Assembly (NCBI RefSeq): GCF_000007225.1
Contig: NC_003364.1
Span: 2,160,001-2,192,000, forward strand
Length of the DNA stretch: 32,000 bases
Direction: 5' to 3'
Origin: Pyrobaculum aerophilum str. IM2
GTDB lineage: Archaea; Thermoproteota; Thermoprotei; Thermoproteales; Thermoproteaceae
Positions 16,548-23,968 of this stretch are shown here, piece by piece; the first letter of the stretch is position 1; each line of letters starts with the position of its first letter. The notes below the pieces were generated by a model. That model saw only the letters and a list, made by a program, of their open reading frames with translations. It ran no database searches and was not told the origin of the DNA. The position numbers and the translations under genes were made by a program.

Positions 16548-17122
16548 TGCGGCCGTTGTTGTATAAGCCTTCCGTCGTGAATGTAGTAATACTCATCGAA
16601 CTTGACGGCGAGGTAATCGCAGGGGGTGGAGGCCGTTATTAGGGCGGGGCCGCGGTGGCGGTTTACGACGTCAATTACCACCTCCCTCGCGCTGGGGTCT
16701 AGGCCGAGGAGGGGCTCGTCTAGGATTAAGACGTCGGGATTTCCCAGCATAGCCCTCGCCAAATCGGCTCTTTTCCTCCAGCCGTAGCTCAAATGGGCAA
16801 ACCTCACGTGGAGATATCCGCGCAGTCCGAGCTCCTCTACTATGTGGGAGTGCTCCGCCCCAACGGCCTTTGCGAAAAAGGACAAATTTTCGTCAACGGT
16901 GAGGTCGGGATGGAGGAGGGGGTATTGGAGCAACACTCCCAGCTTCCCGCCCCTCTCCACGCGTCCCTTAGTGGGCTCTAACAGCCCAGCGGCTATTTTC
17001 ACTAGAGTTGTCTTGCCGCTTCCGTTGTGGCCGTATACTAACGCCTTTCCCCTCACCTCTAGGGCGACGCCTTTTAAAACCCAGTGGTCGAACTTCTTCC
17101 ACACGTCGATGAGCCTCAACAC
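16532..17122 (-). CDS. ccmA: ABC ATPase, CcmA-like
   Basis: The ORF encodes 196 aa from a GTG start. It has Walker A (GHNGSGKTTL), the ABC signature (LSYGWRKR) and Walker B (VLILDEP). The short single-domain ATPase and its position upstream of the CcmB-like permease fit CcmA. Confidence 0.7.
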   Translation of the reverse strand: MLRLIDVWKKFDHWVLKGVALEVRGKALVYGHNGSGKTTLVKIAAGLLEPTKGRVERGGKLGVLLQYPLLHPDLTVDENLSFFAKAVGAEHSHIVEELGLRGYLHVRFAHLSYGWRKRADLARAMLGNPDVLILDEPLLGLDPSAREVVIDVVNRHRGPALITASTPCDYLAVKFDEYYYIHDGRLIQQRPQCSSS

Positions 17123-17139
17123 AGATGGCGCTGGGCGTT

Positions 17140-17184
17140 GTTTATAAAAGTTAATGCGGTTTTACGAAAAGTATTTATAGAAAG
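17140..17184. promoter_or_regulatory. Divergent ccmBA / ccmCEF promoter region: two TATA boxes flanking GTTAATGCGGTTTTAC
   Basis: TTTATAAAA (17141-17149) serves the minus-strand GTG at 17122. TATTTATAG (17172-17180) serves the plus-strand ATG at 17199. AATGCGGTT (17153-17161), which reads AACCGCATT on the minus strand, lies between them. Confidence 0.55.
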
Positions 17185-17198
17185 GCCCTTGTGGTGAC

Positions 17199-18128
17199 AT
17201 GCTCGGCCCTGTCCTCCTCGCGTATTCGCTTCTTTTGTTATACGCCGTGTTGTACGGCCCGTTTCCCGCCCTTGTCCCCCTCGGCTCTCCTACGGCCTAC
17301 AGAAACCTCTATATCCACGTGCCGCAGTCTATCGCCGCACTCCTCATGGCCCTCATTTCGTTTTTTGCCGCCCTGTGGTTTTTAAAAAAGAGGGGTACCA
17401 AGTCGCGTTCGCTAATGCATAAGTCCGCTGTACTGGCCGCGGCGTTCTCGTGGCTTAGTTTTATCACAGGTACTGTCTGGGCACAAGAGTCTTGGGGGTC
17501 GGCGTGGTCTGGGGACCCGAGACAGCTGTCAGTCGCCGTTATGGCAGTCCTATACACCGGTTATATTATACTCAGGCGGGGCGTGGAGGATCCCGATAGG
17601 GCCGACAGAGTGTCAGCCGCCTACTTAGCCCTAGCCTTTGTCTCTGTGCCAATTACTTTAATAGCCCCCGTGCTTTTCCCCGCGTTGCACCCGCCTCCCG
17701 GCACTTTGGCGGAGCTTGCCGCGCCAATAAGGGCAATTTACATCGCCGTGTTGCTGGCGTTGTTAACAGCCGCCGCGCTAATTCTGGCGGGGTTTGAGGC
17801 GAAAACGGCGTGGGGAGTTGCGGCGATGTTAATTCTCTTTGCGGCGGCCGTTCTGGTTTTAATGCCCTACTCCCAGCCAGTATATAGAGTTTATAACGCC
17901 ACCATCTCCGGGTCGGCGGTCACCGCAATTACAAACGGCGGCGTCTTGACTATCCCTGTGGAGAAAATAACTCTGAGACCTCTTGAGATTAACGGCAAGT
18001 CAACTCTTGCGGGGCACTTAATTACTAAAGACGGCGTAGTGGTGACTCACTGGTCAGTGGCGGTGAACCTGCTGGTGACCGGCGCCGCGTTACTTATATT
18101 AACGAGGTTGAGCAATAGGGAGATATGA
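17199..18128 (+). CDS. ccmC: Cytochrome c maturation protein CcmC (heme lyase/handling, WWD family) with a ~85-aa C-terminal extension
   Basis: NLYIHVPQS carries the first conserved His. WAQESWGSAWSGDPRQL is the WWD motif. LFPALHPPPG carries the second His. Canonical CcmC is about 245 aa, whereas this protein is 309 aa and has an extra soluble segment plus a terminal TM (WSVAVNLLVTGAALLILTRL). Confidence 0.85.
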   Translation: MLGPVLLAYSLLLLYAVLYGPFPALVPLGSPTAYRNLYIHVPQSIAALLMALISFFAALWFLKKRGTKSRSLMHKSAVLAAAFSWLSFITGTVWAQESWGSAWSGDPRQLSVAVMAVLYTGYIILRRGVEDPDRADRVSAAYLALAFVSVPITLIAPVLFPALHPPPGTLAELAAPIRAIYIAVLLALLTAAALILAGFEAKTAWGVAAMLILFAAAVLVLMPYSQPVYRVYNATISGSAVTAITNGGVLTIPVEKITLRPLEINGKSTLAGHLITKDGVVVTHWSVAVNLLVTGAALLILTRLSNREI

Positions 18129-18511
18129 AGACGTTGATACTACTGGCCGTGGCCGCCGCAGCGATAGGCGGCGCTATTTTTGCCTTTCTTAACAGCGCCG
18201 GCATTACAGACGTATCCGCCCTCCGCGGAGTCAACGCCCCTGGGGAGTATGTAGTATCGGGCTCTCTTAAAGGCGTTGAGATCACTGACAAATACGTCAT
18301 ATTAAAACTGGGAGGCGGCGGCTTTGAGATAACCGCGGTGGGGGACAGGAGGAGCATGGAGGCGTTATACGGGCCTATCACCCCTGCTAGTTTTGAGAGC
18401 ACTGTAGTAGTGAGGGGGCTCTACTACCCCTCAAATAAGACGCTTGTGATAAGGGCAATTTTAAGGGGGTGCCACTCGGCGTATGGCCAGCCTGCGGCGA
18501 ATACTCGCTAA
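18125..18511 (+). CDS. ccmE: Heme chaperone CcmE, archaeal CxxxY variant
   Basis: The ORF encodes 128 aa with an N-terminal TM anchor and an OB-like body. The C-terminal motif is RGCHSAYGQ (C116-x3-Y120, nt 18470-18484) in place of the bacterial HxxxY. It overlaps ccmC by ATGA. Confidence 0.8.
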   Translation: MKTLILLAVAAAAIGGAIFAFLNSAGITDVSALRGVNAPGEYVVSGSLKGVEITDKYVILKLGGGGFEITAVGDRRSMEALYGPITPASFESTVVVRGLYYPSNKTLVIRAILRGCHSAYGQPAANTR

Positions 18512-20591
18512 TTATTTCCACCTATCCCCGGCCGTTTCTCTCGCCCTTTTATTTTTTTACATCTCTAGGTTTATAACGCTAGACACCTCCTATTTAGACG
18601 TCTACGCCAACACCTCATGGGGAATGCCGCTGTACTACCGGCTGGCCGCCTCGCTTGTAAACGTGGGGGGGATTATGTTGTACATCGCCGCGATTTTAGG
18701 CCTAATGGCCGTTGTGGCAAAAAGCTGGAGGCTCGCCGCGGCTTCGCACGTATTTCTACTCGCCGCATTTTACTGGGGGGCTTTTGTCAAATGGGGAGGC
18801 GGGGGGCCGGGCATTGGCCTAAACCCCTTGTTGAGAAACCCCTGGGCCCTCCCCCACCCGCTAATGGTTATTGCCTCTTACGCCATGGTTTTAGCCGCAG
18901 TGGCGGAGCCCAGAGTCAGGGAGAGAGCGGGCGTTTTGGCCTGGGTTTTCTCCACGGCCGGGCTGGCCGCGGGCGGGTATTGGTCTTATACCACCTTCGG
19001 CTGGGGGGGCTACTGGGCGTGGGACCCCGTCGAGACCTCTGTGTTTATTATGTGGCTTTTCCTAACCGCTTGGATACACGGCAGAGGCTCCGGGGCTTTG
19101 TACGCGGCGCTTGGGGCCGTCTTCCTCACCATGGCCGTCACGTACAGCGGGGTGTCGCCGTTGCACTCCTTCGCGGGAGTGGCGGCCGCGGGGAAGTGGC
19201 TCCTCATAACCTCTGTAATTGCCTTAATCTACGGCCTCATAAAGGCGAGCTGGGAGAGGGGATCTGCGTTCTCCTACCTCCCGCCTCTCGTCGCCGGGGC
19301 GTATATCTATTGGATAATCGCCGGCCCCATGGCGGCGCAGTCATTAGGCCTCCCCGTGGCTATTCCCTCAGGGGATAGCGCCGTGGCGCTTATCCACCCG
19401 CTCTTAATACCCGCAGTCTTGGCGGCGTTTTTTGGAATGGCGAAAAGGGCCTTTCCCCCGAGGGCAGTGGCCCTTTACATGGGGGCGTCGGCAGTTGCCT
19501 CGCTCGCCCTAGTCTCTATGGGCATTCTCTGGTCCCCCCTGAGCAGCCTCTGGACAAACGTGGCTATTTACCTCATAGTCCTAACCGCTCCGCTGCCAAT
19601 TGCCGCGTCGCTTTTAAAAATACGTAAAGACTTGGCAGAGCTTTCCCACATAGGCTTTGCCGTTTTAGCAGTGGGGGCCGCGCTGAGCGGCCCGTATGCC
19701 TATCACATGCAGTACGGCGTCGTGGTGCCCCTCGGCGTGGGACAGCCGGCGCTTGTGCCCCTGCCCAGCCCTTACGGGCCGGAGGCGGTTAGCATTAAAG
19801 TTGTGGAGTGGCGGGCGGCGGGGCCGTGGGAGTTAGTGTCAATCCCGCCGTATCTCTCAAGGCTCGTCTCGCCCGATTTGGCCGGCTTAATGGGCGTGTG
19901 GGGCTTGGATTTGAGGTTTGACAGCGTCGTCCTCAACGGCACTAAATACGTAGTGGCCTTTGGCAATTACACGCCTGGTTTTCACAGGCTGGGTAGCTAC
20001 TGGCTATACGTTAACTCCACAGTAGACACCCCGAGGGGCAAGCTTTTAGTAGCCGCCCTGGGCATCGGGGACAGGGCCCTTGTCTTCAGCCCTCAGAAAT
20101 TCGACGTAATTTCAGCAGTCGTCGCGTGTAAGCCCAACGCCACTTCATTGAATTTAATAGAGGAGAGAGTCATCCTGGGGATAGACGGCGCGGCTGTTGA
20201 GGCTACAATTAGATACGAGGCCTCGGGGGAGTTCAAACTCATTAGGGGCTTAATACACGGAATAGCCACAGTGCCCAGAGGGCTAGACGACGTTTATATC
20301 GCCGTGACCCCCGAGGTGGCCGTGGTGGGCAACGTGAGCTATACCCGCATCGCCTTAGAGCTGGCGAGGCGGAATTTAAATGCGTGTCTCCCCCTTGGCG
20401 CGTGGATGTTGCTGTCGGCATATAGCGGTAGGCCGCTCAGCGGCGGGGAGGTAAACGCCTTGTTGAAAAACAGCCCCCAGGGCTACGTGGCGTATGTAAA
20501 GATAATCCCCATGGTTCAATTAGTGTGGATAGGGGCGGCGCTTTTAGTAGCAGGAGGCCTTGTAAAGGCTGTTAGGAGACATGTGGCTTAG
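18483..20591 (+). CDS. ccmF: Cytochrome c heme lyase CcmF
   Basis: The ORF encodes 702 aa. Conserved elements are ALPHPLMVI (P-His1), GGYWAWDPVETSVFIMWLFLTAWIHGR (WWD motif plus TM-His1), SGVSPLHSFAG (P-His2), LSHIGFAVLAVG (TM-His2), and the C-terminal DVYIAVTPE...IPMVQLVWIGAALLVAGG, as in full-length bacterial CcmF. Confidence 0.88.
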   Translation: MASLRRILANYFHLSPAVSLALLFFYISRFITLDTSYLDVYANTSWGMPLYYRLAASLVNVGGIMLYIAAILGLMAVVAKSWRLAAASHVFLLAAFYWGAFVKWGGGGPGIGLNPLLRNPWALPHPLMVIASYAMVLAAVAEPRVRERAGVLAWVFSTAGLAAGGYWSYTTFGWGGYWAWDPVETSVFIMWLFLTAWIHGRGSGALYAALGAVFLTMAVTYSGVSPLHSFAGVAAAGKWLLITSVIALIYGLIKASWERGSAFSYLPPLVAGAYIYWIIAGPMAAQSLGLPVAIPSGDSAVALIHPLLIPAVLAAFFGMAKRAFPPRAVALYMGASAVASLALVSMGILWSPLSSLWTNVAIYLIVLTAPLPIAASLLKIRKDLAELSHIGFAVLAVGAALSGPYAYHMQYGVVVPLGVGQPALVPLPSPYGPEAVSIKVVEWRAAGPWELVSIPPYLSRLVSPDLAGLMGVWGLDLRFDSVVLNGTKYVVAFGNYTPGFHRLGSYWLYVNSTVDTPRGKLLVAALGIGDRALVFSPQKFDVISAVVACKPNATSLNLIEERVILGIDGAAVEATIRYEASGEFKLIRGLIHGIATVPRGLDDVYIAVTPEVAVVGNVSYTRIALELARRNLNACLPLGAWMLLSAYSGRPLSGGEVNALLKNSPQGYVAYVKIIPMVQLVWIGAALLVAGGLVKAVRRHVA

Positions 20592-21525
20592 GATAGGTCA
20601 TTCAGAGCCGAGGCGGTTTTACAACGCCGTTATTTGGGTCATAAGGGCCAGCCAGCTGGCCTTGTACCTCTCAGCCGTTTTGTTCGCAACAGGCGTTTTA
20701 GCGGCCTCTTTTGGTTTAATAACATGGCACTTGCAGTTAATGACCTCGGCGCTCGTTTCCTTTTACTTCTCTGTGATGTACCTCCAGCTCCCAGGCTTTA
20801 TTAACGCCGCGCCGTCAGTAAAGGCGACGCTCCTAGTGACATCGGCGTTTTTAATCTCGGCGGCGCAGATCTTGCCGTACCCGCTTCTCCCGCTCGCCCT
20901 CGTCTATATAGTCTTACATTTAAAGGCCCTCCGGGGCGCCCCCAATTACTACCCCAATTGGATAACAGTCTCAGGCGCTTTGACGGCGGCCGTCGCCGCG
21001 ACGCCCTATGAGATAATCGCCTCGTTCCCCCTGGCCTCTGTCTTAACGCTGATGTACCGCATAGACAGCTCGAGGGGGAGGAAAAAGTTCACCGTATGGG
21101 GCGCCGGCTCTATCGCCGCTGCCCACGGGGCTGGGTTTTTGTTAATTAAACTGGGTTATTTCTGGGGCGTTGCCCTCCCCCTTGTTGTGACTTCACTAGC
21201 GGCTCCGCCTAAAGTAAGAGATGTTTACGGAGCAGGTGTCGTTTTGGGCAGAGTCGCCATGGCGCTGGGGTGGCTTCACCACCACTTTCTCTACATGGGA
21301 TTTGCCGTGGTAATGGCCGTTCTTTGCGTGCCCTACTTCTTACCCAGCGTCGTCTATAGACGCGTCCCCAAGTTCTCTTGGGAGAATTTAGCCATAGCGC
21401 TGGCCGCCGCCGCGCTGAGACTAGCCGGGTATATTGAAATCGCCGCCATCTCTGTCTTGGCCCTAATCGCCTATGTGGCTTACAAAATCCTGAGAGAGGA
21501 GAAAGTGCCGCTCAAACCGCCCTAA
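20581..21525 (+). CDS. Polytopic membrane protein (~8 TM), unknown, overlapping the ccmF 3' end
   Basis: The ORF encodes 314 aa, and its ATG overlaps the ccmF end by 11 nt. The sequence is hydrophobic and includes GWLHHHFLYMGF. It has no CxxC motif, so it is not a recognisable CcmG or CcmH. Confidence 0.6.
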   Translation: MWLRIGHSEPRRFYNAVIWVIRASQLALYLSAVLFATGVLAASFGLITWHLQLMTSALVSFYFSVMYLQLPGFINAAPSVKATLLVTSAFLISAAQILPYPLLPLALVYIVLHLKALRGAPNYYPNWITVSGALTAAVAATPYEIIASFPLASVLTLMYRIDSSRGRKKFTVWGAGSIAAAHGAGFLLIKLGYFWGVALPLVVTSLAAPPKVRDVYGAGVVLGRVAMALGWLHHHFLYMGFAVVMAVLCVPYFLPSVVYRRVPKFSWENLAIALAAAALRLAGYIEIAAISVLALIAYVAYKILREEKVPLKPP

Positions 21526-21532
21526 TGCGCCG

Positions 21533-22624
21533 CTACCGTCCCCTAGCCGCGGCCCTGAGTTTTTCCAAGGCCGCCGGCACGTAGTATTTCTGTAAGACGT
21601 AGTCCATTACCTCTTTTGTGCCGCGGCAATTGAGGGTGGAAATTTCGCCTATTGGCGCGAAGATAGCCCTAGCCTTTTCTAACTCCTCCTCCGTGGCGAT
21701 GTCGATTTTATTTAGCACAGCCACCGCCGGGGCGGAGAAGCCCTCTTTTATTTCCCTCCAGAGGCGTTCTTGCATTTCCAAGGAGTAGCCGCTGTGAGGT
21801 GTGGGGTCAACGACGAAGACTATAACGCCTGCTAGGTGCCTCAGGGCTAGAATTGCCTGCTTCTCTATTTGGTTCCTCTCCGAAAGCGGCCTGTCCAACA
21901 GCCCGGGGGTGTCTATTACCTGTACCCTGTCCCCCCTGAGGAATATGTGGCCTAGGTGGATTTGCTTTGTGGTGAAGGGGTACTCCGCCACCTCCGGCTT
22001 GGCCGTGGACACGCATCGGACAAAACTGCTCTTGCCCACGTTAGGCGCCCCCGCCACTACTATTGTGAAAAGCTCAGGGTCTATTGACGGCAGTTTTCTG
22101 AGAAAAACGACGATTTCGCGCATTTTCTCTAACTCCGGCCTCAAGTCGTTTAGCAGATCAATAATTCTTGCTTTGTACATCCTTCTGGCGTCTAATAAGG
22201 CCTTTTTGTCGGGGGCTGTTCTAACAGCGGTAATGGCCTCTTTAGCAATGGCCTTCACGGCTAAATTGGCGTTTCCCACTTTAGCCACGACGTGTTTATA
22301 CGCCCGGGCCCCGATGACGGCGTCTATAAGCTCTCTGTAAAAGGGGTGGAGGCGGTCTAAAAAGGGCATTCTCAGCGCCATCTCCCGCAGAATTGAGGCA
22401 ATTGCCTTGCCCGAGGACACTATTCTCTTAATCTCAAGGCGTTTTTGTTTAACAAATGCGGGCTCCGCCGTGGAGCCCCTGGCCTCCTCCCTGCTGTATG
22501 TGGTGAGGAAGAGGGAGATGAGCTCGTCTGCGGCGTAGACGTAAGGCAACTTCGACTTATCAACGACTTCCACGCGGCTAACTAAATAAGATTTATATAA
22601 ACTTGTAAAAATCGACATGCCCAT
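21533..22624 (-). CDS. NOG1-type GTP-binding protein (archaeal Nog1/MMR-HSR1 family)
   Basis: The GTPase motifs are G1 GAPNVGKSS, G3 DTPG and G4 NKID, preceded by a ~170-aa helical NOG1-type N-terminal domain. The track ORF begins at GTG 22648. The first ATGs are at 22624 and 22618, and an AT-rich patch (plus-strand coordinates 22651-22662) would place transcription initiation near 22631. Confidence 0.8.
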   Translation of the reverse strand: MGMSIFTSLYKSYLVSRVEVVDKSKLPYVYAADELISLFLTTYSREEARGSTAEPAFVKQKRLEIKRIVSSGKAIASILREMALRMPFLDRLHPFYRELIDAVIGARAYKHVVAKVGNANLAVKAIAKEAITAVRTAPDKKALLDARRMYKARIIDLLNDLRPELEKMREIVVFLRKLPSIDPELFTIVVAGAPNVGKSSFVRCVSTAKPEVAEYPFTTKQIHLGHIFLRGDRVQVIDTPGLLDRPLSERNQIEKQAILALRHLAGVIVFVVDPTPHSGYSLEMQERLWREIKEGFSAPAVAVLNKIDIATEEELEKARAIFAPIGEISTLNCRGTKEVMDYVLQKYYVPAALEKLRAAARGR

Positions 22625-23396
22625 TGCCCTATTGACGGACTTCGGCACTAGGGATTATTTCGTAGCGGCGATGAAGGGAGTGATCCTCTCCATAAACCCC
22701 AAGGCGGTTATTATCGATATCACTCACGAAATCCCCCCGCAAGACGTGTGGACAGGCGCTTTTGTATTAAAATCGGCGTATAAGTGGTTTCCCAGCGGCA
22801 CTATATTTCTGGCTGTGGTGGACCCCGGAGTTGGAACGGAACGGTTGCCGTTAATAATAAAGACGCGGCGTTATTACTTTGTGGGGCCCGACAACGGCTT
22901 GTTGTCGCTAGCCGCTGAGGAAGACGGCGTGGAGGCAGTATATAAAATTGAGGCGAAGTTGCCCCGGATATCCACTACATTCCACGGCCGCGACGTCTTC
23001 GCCCCGGCCGCCGCATATCTTTCACTGGGCATAGAGCCGCGTCTCTTGGGCGTCCCCGTGAAGAGCTGGATTAAGCTTGAGTTCCCGGCGCCACGCGTCG
23101 AGGACAACGTTATCCACGCCAGGGCTATCTACGTGGACAGATTCGGCAATGTCTACACATCAGCCCGGGAAGAGGCCTTTCAAATAGCCCAATACGGAGA
23201 TACCTTGTGTTTTGAGGCGGAGGGCCGTATAATTAAGGCGAAGTTCGTGGAGACTTACGGCAGGGCCAGAGCCGGCGAGACTGTGGCGTTGATAAACAGC
23301 GAGGGCTATTTAGAGCTGGCCGTGGCCATGGGCAACGCCGCCTCCACATACGGCTTAAAGCCGGGGCTTGATTTAAAAATACGTAAATGCATATAG
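22617..23396 (+). CDS. S-adenosylmethionine hydroxide adenosyltransferase (DUF62 SAM hydrolase, fluorinase/chlorinase-like fold)
   Basis: The ORF encodes 259 aa. MPIALLTDFGTRDYFVAAMKGVILSINP..IIDITHEIPPQDV...FLAVVDPGVG is the characteristic DUF62 N-terminal domain signature. The TATA box TTTATATAAA (22591-22600) sits about 22 nt before the ATG. Confidence 0.8.
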   Translation: MPIALLTDFGTRDYFVAAMKGVILSINPKAVIIDITHEIPPQDVWTGAFVLKSAYKWFPSGTIFLAVVDPGVGTERLPLIIKTRRYYFVGPDNGLLSLAAEEDGVEAVYKIEAKLPRISTTFHGRDVFAPAAAYLSLGIEPRLLGVPVKSWIKLEFPAPRVEDNVIHARAIYVDRFGNVYTSAREEAFQIAQYGDTLCFEAEGRIIKAKFVETYGRARAGETVALINSEGYLELAVAMGNAASTYGLKPGLDLKIRKCI

Positions 23397-23399
23397 GCG

Positions 23400-23451
23400 G
23401 TGATGACCTAGCGCCGCCGCACTGTAAAGATGAAGAAGGCCGTTTTTCTGA
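23400..23451 (+). ncRNA. Weak candidate C/D-box sRNA abutting the DUF62 stop codon
   Basis: The candidate boxes are GTGATGA (C, 23400-23406), CTGT (degenerate D', 23422-23425), AAGATGA (C', 23427-23433) and CTGA (D, 23448-23451). The spacers are 15 and 14 nt rather than the usual ~12, and the D'-C' gap is 1 nt. The TTTTT before the D box could simply be the upstream gene's terminator. Confidence 0.3.
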
Positions 23452-23968
23452 AAAAATGGGCCGCTGGCGCTTTTATCTTCACGTATTAACCTATATTAAA
23501 GGGGACGTACGTGGAGCCAGAAAGCTCCCTGTAGCAGGAGTGGATCAACACATAGAGGCGACGGAGGCAGTTAAGGCGATGCTCGCAAGAAATAGTTTTG
23601 CCCGAGGTTTTTAACTGCCGAGGGGGTTTGGCGTGTCGTGGGGCTGTCTGTATCGAGGTTAAGGGCGATATGCGACTGGTATGGGTTTAAGATGATTTAC
23701 TATGTGTACCGCTTCCCCGAGGGGATACTTGTAGGGCCGGCGATAAATCTCTATGGATAGTGGATAAGAGTGTTACGCTACGATTGCAACAGACGACGTG
23801 TAGAAAAGTGGCATTACCGGTTTTTAGCATATCGCTAAAATTGGGCCACTGGCGTACGCGGAGCTGTCACAGCGGCCCCAATAGGGCCTCTCTGCCCCGG
23901 GGAGAATACAGCAAAGTGGTTAAAAATTTACCATGGAAAAGTTTATAAACCAGTACGTTATTGGAGTT

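Noticed and set aside
18617-19378. 253-aa alternative-frame ORF inside ccmF.
   Set aside because: It is an Arg/Gly-rich shadow ORF. The overlapping frame encodes CcmF with its WWD motif and all four conserved histidines.
18483-21525. The idea that CcmF is split, with 20581-21525 as its C-terminal half.
   Set aside because: The 702-aa protein already contains P-His1, the WWD motif, TM-His1, P-His2, TM-His2 and the conserved C-terminal periplasmic and TM segment. It is therefore complete, and the 314-aa protein is something else.
21801-22340. 179-aa plus-strand ORF antisense to the NOG1-like GTPase.
   Set aside because: The minus-strand frame carries the ordered G1, G3 and G4 GTPase motifs. 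The antisense ORF has no motifs and is Ser/Leu/Ala-rich.
23387-23948. 75-aa (23387-23614) and 62-aa (23760-23948) ORFs in the spacer upstream of the 5S rRNA.
   Set aside because: They have no promoter at leaderless spacing, odd composition and no motifs. I treat the interval as non-coding and possibly RNA-bearing.
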